Shown here piece after piece: positions 27,559-35,354 of a stretch of DNA of 64,000 nt. Origin of the DNA: Rhodanobacteraceae bacterium (GTDB lineage: Bacteria; Pseudomonadota; Gammaproteobacteria; Xanthomonadales; SZUA-5); assembly GCA_031425695.1 (NCBI GenBank), contig JANPJV010000301.1, forward strand, positions 5,862 to 69,861. Direction: 5' to 3'. Positions within the stretch are counted from its first letter, which is position 1. Each line of letters begins with the position of its first letter. A model generated the notes under the pieces. It was not told the origin of the DNA. It was given only the letters and a program-made list of their open reading frames with translations, and did not search any database. Position numbers and translations under genes: made by a program.

Positions 27559-28608
27559 ATGACCACAGCCTATGGCGCTTACGCCGCTGACCAGCCGATC
27601 CAGCCCATGCAGATCGAGCGCCGGGCGCCGGGGCCGCGGGATGTGCAGATCGAGATCGCCTTCTGCGGCGTCTGTCATTCGGACCTGCACACCGTGCGCT
27701 CCGAATGGGGTGGAACGCGCTATCCGTGCGTGCCGGGACACGAGATCGTTGGCACGGTCAGTGCGGTAGGTTCTGAGGTGTCCAAGTTCGAGGTCGGCCA
27801 AACGGTCGGCGTCGGCTGCCTGGTCGGCAGCTGCCAGCAGTGCGCGGCGTGCGCAGAAGGTCTCGAACAGTATTGCGAGAAGGGTTTCGTCGGCACCTAC
27901 AACGGGCGTACGAAGGACGCGCCGGGCCACACTCTCGGCGGCTATTCACAGCGCATCGTCGTCGACGAGGCCTTCGTGCTCCGGATCTCCCATCCGCTCG
28001 AACAGCTCGCCGCGGTCGCGCCGCTGCTGTGCGCCGGGATCACCACCTATTCGCCGCTGCGCCACTGGAAGGTCGGCCCGGGCCAAAAGGTCGGCATCGT
28101 CGGCATCGGCGGTCTCGGCCACATGGGCATCAAGATCGCACACGCCATGGGCGCGCACGTGGTCGCCTTCACCAGCTCGCCCGGGAAGCGCCAGGACGCA
28201 CTCGACCTCGGCGCTGCCGAAGTGGTCGTCACGCGCAACGAGAACGAGCTCAAGGCCCACGCCGGCAGCTTCGACTTCATCCTCGACACGGTCGCGGCCA
28301 GCCATTCGCTCGACATCTTCGCGACCCTGCTCAAGCGCGACGGCACCCTGGTATTGGTCGGCGTCCCCGAGCACCCGCACCCCAGCCCCAACATCGCCAA
28401 CCTCATCTTCAAGCGCCGCACGATTGCCGGCTCGCTGATCGGCGGCCTCGCCGAAACCCAGGAGATGCTCGATTTCTGCGCGGACAAAGGCATCGTCGCC
28501 GAAATCGAAATGGTCTCGGCGCAGCAGATCGAAACGGCCTACGAGCGCATGCTCAAAAGTGACATCAAATATCGATTCGTGATCGATGGAGCTTCGATGC
28601 GCGGGTGA
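27559..28608 (+). CDS. Zn-dependent NAD(P) alcohol dehydrogenase (YahK/cinnamyl-ADH type)
   Basis: 'CGVCHSDLH', 'GHEIVG', structural-Zn 'CQQCAACAEGLEQYC' and Rossmann 'GIVGIGGLGHMG'. Confidence 0.9.
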   Translation: MTTAYGAYAADQPIQPMQIERRAPGPRDVQIEIAFCGVCHSDLHTVRSEWGGTRYPCVPGHEIVGTVSAVGSEVSKFEVGQTVGVGCLVGSCQQCAACAEGLEQYCEKGFVGTYNGRTKDAPGHTLGGYSQRIVVDEAFVLRISHPLEQLAAVAPLLCAGITTYSPLRHWKVGPGQKVGIVGIGGLGHMGIKIAHAMGAHVVAFTSSPGKRQDALDLGAAEVVVTRNENELKAHAGSFDFILDTVAASHSLDIFATLLKRDGTLVLVGVPEHPHPSPNIANLIFKRRTIAGSLIGGLAETQEMLDFCADKGIVAEIEMVSAQQIETAYERMLKSDIKYRFVIDGASMRG

Positions 28609-28644
28609 GCTGGTTTGTGCAAGCTTCGCCGCCGGTCCGAAGGG

Positions 28645-29601
28645 TCAGGATGCGCCCCGGCGCAACCACGTGGACAGCAGTTGCGGAGCCAGCAACTGCA
28701 TTGACTTGCGGACCGCCAGATCGGCACCGGCGGTGGTCGCCAGTGCCGTGGCAATCCCGAGTAGCGAGCCGCCCGGGCGCGGGTCCGCATCGCGGGCACA
28801 CACGAGTGGCACGGCATGCAGCAGCCGGCACCACGCCGGGAACGCGTGTATCGGCATGGCCGGCTCGGCGTCGCAAAATTCATCCCAATGCGCGGCCAGG
28901 CTTGGCGACGCGCAGATTGCGATTTCGGCGCTCTCCGGAAACGCGAAACAGAGCTCGGCAATATCAGCGAACTCCGCCTTATGATCACTGCCCGCGCGGG
29001 CGAGCTCGGCGTGCCAGCACAGCGCAGCTTCGTTGGAGCGCCAGGCGGAATCCCGTTCCACCGCGGCCATGGCTTGCTCGTACTCGCCCAGCAGGTGGTA
29101 CAAATAGCTGTGATGCGTATGCGCCGTCGCGGCCTGATAGGGCCTGTCGTCCGCCTGAGCGAGCAGGCTCCTCAAAGCCAAGTGCACCACCCGATCGGGG
29201 TGATCAGCAAGCGCGCGCGCGGCCGCCGGGCGCAGCGCGGACTCGATCCAATCCAGCGCCGCGCCCGTGTCTTGCCAGCGCGGATGACCGCGTTCAATCG
29301 CCTCGATGCAGCATTCCATATCACACGCAAACCCCTCCAGATCCGGGCACTGAGCTCGAATGAAGGCCAGCTCGGTCCGCACCGAAGCGATCGATGTCTG
29401 CTGCAGTGCACGCCGTGCCCGTGCCGCCGCTTGCTCGATGGCACTGTCCCGGAACAGATCCAGCTGATCGACCCGCGTTGCCGTCGACGCGCCGCAGCGA
29501 CCGGCTTGGTTTGTTGGCGACTCCACCCGCGCCGATTCCGGCGCGAAGAGGTCGAGATTCACGCACTGTGTCATGGAACGACGCGCAGTTTCAAAGGCCA
29601 C
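28645..29601 (-). CDS. Hypothetical helical protein (318 aa)
   Basis: Long GC3-rich ORF with no recognised family. Two N-terminal xLDLF pentapeptides. The start could be 29574. Confidence 0.6.
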   Translation of the reverse strand: MAFETARRSMTQCVNLDLFAPESARVESPTNQAGRCGASTATRVDQLDLFRDSAIEQAAARARRALQQTSIASVRTELAFIRAQCPDLEGFACDMECCIEAIERGHPRWQDTGAALDWIESALRPAAARALADHPDRVVHLALRSLLAQADDRPYQAATAHTHHSYLYHLLGEYEQAMAAVERDSAWRSNEAALCWHAELARAGSDHKAEFADIAELCFAFPESAEIAICASPSLAAHWDEFCDAEPAMPIHAFPAWCRLLHAVPLVCARDADPRPGGSLLGIATALATTAGADLAVRKSMQLLAPQLLSTWLRRGAS

Positions 29602-29971
29602 GAATTAGAGCCGGGTGCGGGGCGAAATCAAGTGGCGGATCGATCCGTCGATGGCACACGGCCAATCTCATTCTCACGGCTGCACGAGCATCTCCGCGCG
29701 GTCTCTTGCGGGCCGACAAGCCTGTGCTCCATGGAAGTGCAGTGCCCGGCGCGCCATTCGAAAACGGCCCGCTTGCGCACGGTTGGCAATACGAGATTTC
29801 GCACTGCCTGTGCGCGGCAGATCGCTCATGCAGGCGGGGCGCTCCACCCCAACCGGGACCAGGTCTGGTCATCCCGCCCGGGCTTTACATCCGGGTGAGC
29901 GCTTCGGAGCGCTGCGGGAAAACCACCAGACCCTGGCGCTGGCTGCCGATTTGCAAACAGTAACGCACCGG

Positions 29972-30002
29972 TTGACACCGTACTGCGGTACGGGACTACG
30001 GT
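29972..30002 (+). promoter_or_regulatory. MerR-type promoter/operator: TTGACA-N19-TACGGT with dyad CCGTAC-N4-GTACGG
   Basis: 'TTGACACCGTACTGCGGTACGGGACTACGGT' lies 45 bp upstream of the ATG at 30047. The 19-bp spacer and dyad closely mirror the Tn501/Tn21 mer operator as I recall it. Confidence 0.65.
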
Positions 30003-30046
30003 CACTGAACTCGGGGCGCGGTGTCCCGAATTTGGAGCAGGCCGAT

Positions 30047-31042
30047 ATGAAAATTCCAGCGCCACCACGAGCAACGCTGTTTACGCTAGCGCTTTTTGCC
30101 GCGACGTTCGCGCTGGCAGCGCCGGCGCCTGCGGTGCACGAACACTCGGCGTCGGAGGCGGCGCAGTCGTCCGATGTGGCAGAGCGCCCCATTGAAGCCG
30201 GCGCCATCCGTTTGAACGACGCGAAGAGCTCCAGTGACGACCTGGCCGGATCGGTGTGGAGCAAGTCCGGTTCGATGTCGTTCCAGAGCATCAGCACCAC
30301 CCACGGAAAGTCGACGGTTCGCGGCGCCAAGCCTGACCTGGTCGAGGCGACGCTCGTGGTCAATGGCATGCAGATCAAGCATGTTTTCGACTCCCTGCAA
30401 AACAATGTCACGATCAGCACGACCGAGTCGGTAAAGCTCGAAAAGGCCGACGTCGAGGTTCTGCGGACTTTCCAGCAAGAGTTTGGCAAGGCTGTGCTGT
30501 CGGCGGACACCTTCATGAGCATGCCGCGCGCGACTGAAGTCATATACCGGCTCAGTGAAATGTACTCGGAAGCCCCGTACGGAATTGACCTGCCAAAGAT
30601 GCGAGTGATCGATTTCAACATCGACCCTGAGCAGAATGCCGATATCGACCCTGGGCAGAATGCCGTTGCCGGTGGGCTGGTGTTCGGAAGCACGGAAAAA
30701 GCCTGTGGCCAGGCAGGCGGGGGTTTCATCGACCTGCACGATACGGCCAATGTGTGTGATAGAGGCGCCTTCTATCGCAATGCACATCATGACTTTTGCC
30801 CGAATCACGATTACATATCGAACAATCAAAAATACGGCTGCGGTAGTTCCGATTGTTACGGCCGCTGCGGCGGTGGTTGCGGCGCACTCAACGGACAGGG
30901 CGCCTGGCAGAAGGACTGCCTTGACCATGACGTCTGCAATCGCAGTCACAACTCGCAGTTTGGGGGTTGCGGTGACGAATGGAACGAAGCGGCTGACGAC
31001 TACCTCAACGGCGCCATCCACTGCATTTTCGACCATTGCTGA
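30047..31042 (+). CDS. Secreted Cys-rich protein with a C-terminal sPLA2-like motif set
   Basis: GGAG 9 nt upstream. Signal peptide 'MKIPAPPRATLFTLALFAATFALAAPAPA'. C-terminus 'CYGRCGGGCG...KDCLDHDVC...GGCGDEWNEAAD'. Confidence 0.75.
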   Translation: MKIPAPPRATLFTLALFAATFALAAPAPAVHEHSASEAAQSSDVAERPIEAGAIRLNDAKSSSDDLAGSVWSKSGSMSFQSISTTHGKSTVRGAKPDLVEATLVVNGMQIKHVFDSLQNNVTISTTESVKLEKADVEVLRTFQQEFGKAVLSADTFMSMPRATEVIYRLSEMYSEAPYGIDLPKMRVIDFNIDPEQNADIDPGQNAVAGGLVFGSTEKACGQAGGGFIDLHDTANVCDRGAFYRNAHHDFCPNHDYISNNQKYGCGSSDCYGRCGGGCGALNGQGAWQKDCLDHDVCNRSHNSQFGGCGDEWNEAADDYLNGAIHCIFDHC

Positions 31043-31050
31043 GCTGCCGA

Positions 31051-31081
31051 AGGGAGGCAGGTGCTGCGCGCCTGTCTCCCT
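31051..31081 (+). terminator. Hairpin after the secreted-protein gene
   Basis: AGGGAGGCAGG-N9-CCTGTCTCCCT (11-bp stem with one G-T pair) 9 nt after the stop. No clear U-tract. Confidence 0.4.
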
Positions 31082-31183
31082 CCGGAGTGACAATCTTCGT
31101 GACGTGTGGCATGTCGGCCCCCAGGCAACATCGCAGACGCGCTAAGGTTCGTTACCATCGCCGGATATCCGGCGAACCGGGGA

Positions 31184-31672
31184 GTGACATTGCGCATCGG
31201 GGAGCTTGCCAGGCTAGCGGATGTCGGCGTTGAGACTGTCCGCTTCTACCAGCGGAGTGCGATCCTGCCTCTGCCCCCGAAGCCCCCAGGCGGCATACGT
31301 TGCTATTCCGAGGAGCATCTGAAGCTCTTGCAGCGGATTCGCGTGGCCCGCGAGGTGGGCTTTTCCTTGGCGGAGATTCAAAGCGCCTTCTCGCGATTCA
31401 ATCAGCCCTGCGCGGTCACCCACGGGTACGCCATGCACAAGCTGCTCCGGGTCACCGAGCAGATCAATCGCTTTACGCGGATGTCGATCTGCCTGGAGGC
31501 CTGGATCCGCTTCTGCGAGGAAGATTCCGCACGCTCCGTTCGCGATGCGATTGAAACGACAGTGGGTCCCTTGAGTGCTCAAACGATGGGCGAACTCAAG
31601 GACAAACGCACGAAGCCCAATAGATCGCCACGTACACGCGCTAGAAAGCGCCTCTCGCGGACTGATCCATAG
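31184..31672 (+). CDS. MerR-family regulator, closest by eye to mercury-type MerR
   Basis: 'IGELARLADVGVETVRFYQRSAILPLPPKPPGGIRCY...GFSLAEI' parallels Tn501 MerR '[37 protein letters not shown]...GFSLDEI'. Start uncertain (GTG 31184, TTG 31190 or ATG 31106). Confidence 0.75.
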   Translation: MTLRIGELARLADVGVETVRFYQRSAILPLPPKPPGGIRCYSEEHLKLLQRIRVAREVGFSLAEIQSAFSRFNQPCAVTHGYAMHKLLRVTEQINRFTRMSICLEAWIRFCEEDSARSVRDAIETTVGPLSAQTMGELKDKRTKPNRSPRTRARKRLSRTDP

Positions 31673-31848
31673 CACTTGTGCCGGTGCGGCACTGCGCCGC
31701 GCGGCTGTACCGACCTCTGCTGCGTCCTTTTTTGAGCTGCCGGTGCGGCGGTGCGCTCAGCAATTCGGTGTTTTGGGAGCGAGGGTGTCGGCAAGGCCGA
31801 CCCACGGCAGCTGGGAGACGTATCCTCTGTTGCAAAACGAGACCTCGC

Positions 31849-32790
31849 ATGGCCCAGGGCACGCACGATTTTGTCGACGATCCGCGCAATGCGCAGGTCC
31901 TGATCTACCTCAATGGGCAGTTGGTGCCACGGGCGCAGGCCATGGTGTCGGTATTCGATTCCGGCTTCATCCTGGGTGATGGTGTGTGGGAAGGATTGCG
32001 CGTCGTCAACGGCCATCCGGCCTTCCTCGACGCGCATCTCGACCGCCTGTACGAGGGCGCCAAGGCGATCGCGCTCGATATCGGCATGGACCGCCAGCAG
32101 CTCACGGCGGCGATATACGCCACGCTCGGCGCCAATGGGATGCACGATGGCGCGCACCTGCGGCTGATGGTCACCCGCGGGCTCAAGCGCACGCCGTACC
32201 AGGACCCGCGCGTCTGCATCGGCCCGGCCACGGTGGTGATCATTGCCGAGTACAAGAATCCGCTACCGGAGACACTGGAGCGCGGCCTCACGCTGTTCAC
32301 CGTGCACGTGCGCCGCGGCTACCCGGATGTGCAGGATCCCAAGCTCAACAGCCACAGCAAGCTCAACTGCATCACCGCCTGCATCCAGGCGGCGACGGCG
32401 GGTGCGGATGAAGCCCTGATGCTCGACCCGCATGGGTTCGTCGCGACCTGCAACTCGACCCATTTCTTCATCGTCCGGCGCGGCCAGGTGTGGACCTCGA
32501 GCGGCGATTACTGCCTGCCCGGCATCACCCGCGCCAACGTGCTGCAACTGTGCCGCGACCACGGCATCCCCGCCTTCGAGCGCAACTTCAGCCTGACCGA
32601 GGTCTATGGCGCCGACGAAGCTTTCGTCACCGGAACCTTTGCCGGACTGGTACCGGTCAGCACGATCGATGGCCGGGTGCTCGGCTCTGCAAGCACCTCG
32701 GGTCGACCCGTGATCCAGCGCCTGCAGGCGCTGTATCGTGAGTTGGCGCAGCGTGAGGTGCTCGACTGCGGCGAGCGCGCCGGTCCATGA
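31849..32790 (+). CDS. Aminotransferase class IV (BCAT/D-amino-acid aminotransferase fold)
   Basis: 'VFDSGFILGDGVWEGLRV', 'HSKLNCITACIQA' (catalytic Lys region) and 'GITR', typical of PLP fold-type IV. Confidence 0.85.
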   Translation: MAQGTHDFVDDPRNAQVLIYLNGQLVPRAQAMVSVFDSGFILGDGVWEGLRVVNGHPAFLDAHLDRLYEGAKAIALDIGMDRQQLTAAIYATLGANGMHDGAHLRLMVTRGLKRTPYQDPRVCIGPATVVIIAEYKNPLPETLERGLTLFTVHVRRGYPDVQDPKLNSHSKLNCITACIQAATAGADEALMLDPHGFVATCNSTHFFIVRRGQVWTSSGDYCLPGITRANVLQLCRDHGIPAFERNFSLTEVYGADEAFVTGTFAGLVPVSTIDGRVLGSASTSGRPVIQRLQALYRELAQREVLDCGERAGP

Positions 32791-33524
32791 GCGCGCCAAC
32801 CCGCATTGCGATGTGGTCGGGGCCGCGCAACATCTCCACGGCGATGATGCGGGCGTGGGAAAACCGCGGCGATTGCACAGTCAGCGACGAGCCGCTGTAT
32901 GCCCACTATCTCAAAGCGACGGGCGCCGACCATCCGGCGCGCGATGAAGTCATCGCCGCCGGCGAAACCGACTGGCGTCGCGTAGTCGATGATCTCACCG
33001 GCCCGATTCCGGATGGCCAGCCAATCTGGTACCAGAAGCACATGTGCCATCACCTGTTGCCGCACATGGATCGCGAATGGATCGGCTCGTTGACCAACGT
33101 CCTGCTGATCCGCGATCCGCACGAGGTGGTCGCCTCGTACCTGCGCACGCGCGATACGGTCACGCCGGAAGACATTGGCCTGCCACAGCAGCAAGCGCTA
33201 TTTCATTGGCTACGCGCGCGCAACGGTGTGCCACCGCCGGTACTCGACGCGGGCGAATTTCTGCAGGATCCGCGCGCGCACTTGAGCGCCCTTTGCGCGC
33301 TGCTGGGCATCAGCTTCGATGAGCGCATGTTGCATTGGCCACCGGGCCCACGCGCCAGCGATGGCATCTGGGCGCCACATTGGTATCACGCGGTCTGGCA
33401 ATCGACCGGGTTCGACCAGCCGCATGGACGGCGCCAGCCCTTGAGCCCTGCGGCCGTTCGCGTCGTCGCGGAGTGCCGGGACGCCTATCAGGATTTGCAC
33501 GCGCACCGGATGCGCGTCGATTGA
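32787..33524 (+). CDS. Sulfotransferase-fold (P-loop-like) protein, often annotated 'BCAT-like protein 2'
   Basis: 'IAMWSGPRNISTAMMRAW' N-terminal PAPS-loop-like motif. ATGA overlap with the aminotransferase gene. Confidence 0.6.
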   Translation: MSAPTRIAMWSGPRNISTAMMRAWENRGDCTVSDEPLYAHYLKATGADHPARDEVIAAGETDWRRVVDDLTGPIPDGQPIWYQKHMCHHLLPHMDREWIGSLTNVLLIRDPHEVVASYLRTRDTVTPEDIGLPQQQALFHWLRARNGVPPPVLDAGEFLQDPRAHLSALCALLGISFDERMLHWPPGPRASDGIWAPHWYHAVWQSTGFDQPHGRRQPLSPAAVRVVAECRDAYQDLHAHRMRVD

Positions 33525-33597
33525 GGCGCAAGTCAGCGACCCCTGCGCAGGCGTTCAGTACGAGACGCGCGCGAAGTAGCTACACTCGCTTGCGCCA

Positions 33598-34005
33598 ATG
33601 TCATCCGCAACGAGGTCGATAGGCTCGCCTGTGTTCCGCCGCTACCGCCATCGTCGCTGGATCGCGCTGTTCGCGCTGATGGCGCTGCTGTTCCAGCAGT
33701 TCGCGGTGGCCGCATATTTGTGCCCGCAAGAACAGTTGGAGCGCTCCGCGGGTGTCGCCACGGGGGCGCCGTGCCACGCCTCGCGAGCGGTCGATTCGGC
33801 ACTCTGCCACGAGCATTGCTTTCCGAGCCCGGCTTCGCCCGATCACACCGCGGTCGTGAGCATCGCGGCAGCGCTGTTGCCGGTCACCGCCTGGGTTCGC
33901 GAATGCGCCGGATCGACGGGCAAGCGCATGCAGACGCTTGCTGGGTTGATCGAACGCGTGCACCCGCCACCGCTGACCGTGCGGCACTGCAGCTTCCAGA
34001 TTTGA
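33598..34005 (+). CDS. DUF2946-like small membrane/Cys-His protein leading the cus operon
   Basis: Transmembrane segment 'WIALFALMALLFQQFAVAAYLC' followed by 'PCHAS...LCHEHC'. Position is directly upstream of cusC. Confidence 0.5.
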   Translation: MSSATRSIGSPVFRRYRHRRWIALFALMALLFQQFAVAAYLCPQEQLERSAGVATGAPCHASRAVDSALCHEHCFPSPASPDHTAVVSIAAALLPVTAWVRECAGSTGKRMQTLAGLIERVHPPPLTVRHCSFQI

Positions 34006-34073
34006 GCTTCCACATCGAGTGACCTCAAGTGCCGCCTGCGGGCGGTTCTCCCGTCTTCGTGGTGGAGGTTGTC

Positions 34074-35354
34074 GTGAATTTTCCTGTTCCTCATTGCGCG
34101 CGCCCGGGCCTGGCGCTGTCCCTGGTGCTCGGTCTCTCGCTGCTGAGCCCGGCGCTCAAGGCCGAGCCGCCTCCATTGTCGCTGTTCGATGCTGTGCAAC
34201 TGGCCGAACGCCAAGCGCCGCAGATCCGCGCGCGCGACGCCGCCATCGCTGCGGCCGAGGCCGCCATCGGCCCGGCCGGTGAGTTGCCGGATCCGGAGCT
34301 CATCCTCGGTATCGAGAATCTGCCCATCGATGGCGACGAGCGCTTGAGCCTCACCGATGACTTCATGACCATGCGCAAGCTCGGCTTCATGCAGTCCTTT
34401 CCGCGCCGCGAGAAGCGCCTGCTGCGGGCCGAACGCGCCACGAGCGAGGCCGCGCGCGAGCGTTCGCTGCTGATCAGTGAGCGCTTGGGCGTTCACGAAG
34501 CGGTTGCGCGCGCCTGGATTGCGGTGGCGATCGCCGAGCAGCGCGCGCGGCTCTTGCAGGAGCTTGCAGCGACTGCTGATGCGCAACTGGCCGCCGCAAC
34601 CGCCGCGCTGACGGCCGGGCGCGGCTCCGCAGCGGACGGAATCAACGCGCGCAGCGCGGTGGTCGCGCTGCGGGATCGAATCCTGGCAGCGCAGGCGCAG
34701 GTCGATACGGCGCGTTCCGACCTCAAGCGTTGGCTGCCTGGGTTCGCAGACGCGAAGCTGGCGCCGGCACCCGACTGGTTCGATCTCGGTGTGGAGGCCG
34801 ACGCGCTTGCCGGCAAGATTGCCCATCACCGCGAACTTCTGGCGTTCGCCGCAGCCGAGCATGCGGCGGCGACTGAGGTGGCGCTCGCGCGCGCCGAGAA
34901 GCGTCCGGATTGGTCGCTCGAAATGGCCTACGCGCAGCGGGGGCCGCAGTACTCGAACATGCTGTCGGTGCAGGTGCGGGTCGGCTTGCCAATCTTTGCG
35001 GGCTCGCGCCAGGAGCCGACCATCGCCGCCAAACAGGCCCTGCTCACCGGCATCGAAGCCGAGCGCGAGGCGGCGCTACGCATGCACGGTGCCGAGCTCG
35101 AGCGGACGGTCACGGTGTGGCGCAGCAGCGCCGAGCGTCTGCGTCGCTATCAACGTGATCTGCTGCCATTGGCCGAGGAGCGCACGGCGGTGGCGCTTGC
35201 TGCCTACCGCGGCGGCAGCGGCGATCTGCAGGCCGTGCTGGTCACCCTCGAAGCGGCCATTGAACAGCGCCTGGCCTATGTCGATTTGACCGATACCTTG
35301 GCGCAGGCCTGGGCCACGCTGCACTTCGCCTTTCCGCAGGAGGGCGCGCGATGA
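34074..35354 (+). CDS. cusC: TolC-family outer-membrane efflux protein (CusC/CzcC type)
   Basis: GTG start after GGAGG. Signal peptide. Two TolC-type repeats. 4-nt overlap with cusB. Confidence 0.8.
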   Translation: MNFPVPHCARPGLALSLVLGLSLLSPALKAEPPPLSLFDAVQLAERQAPQIRARDAAIAAAEAAIGPAGELPDPELILGIENLPIDGDERLSLTDDFMTMRKLGFMQSFPRREKRLLRAERATSEAARERSLLISERLGVHEAVARAWIAVAIAEQRARLLQELAATADAQLAAATAALTAGRGSAADGINARSAVVALRDRILAAQAQVDTARSDLKRWLPGFADAKLAPAPDWFDLGVEADALAGKIAHHRELLAFAAAEHAAATEVALARAEKRPDWSLEMAYAQRGPQYSNMLSVQVRVGLPIFAGSRQEPTIAAKQALLTGIEAEREAALRMHGAELERTVTVWRSSAERLRRYQRDLLPLAEERTAVALAAYRGGSGDLQAVLVTLEAAIEQRLAYVDLTDTLAQAWATLHFAFPQEGAR

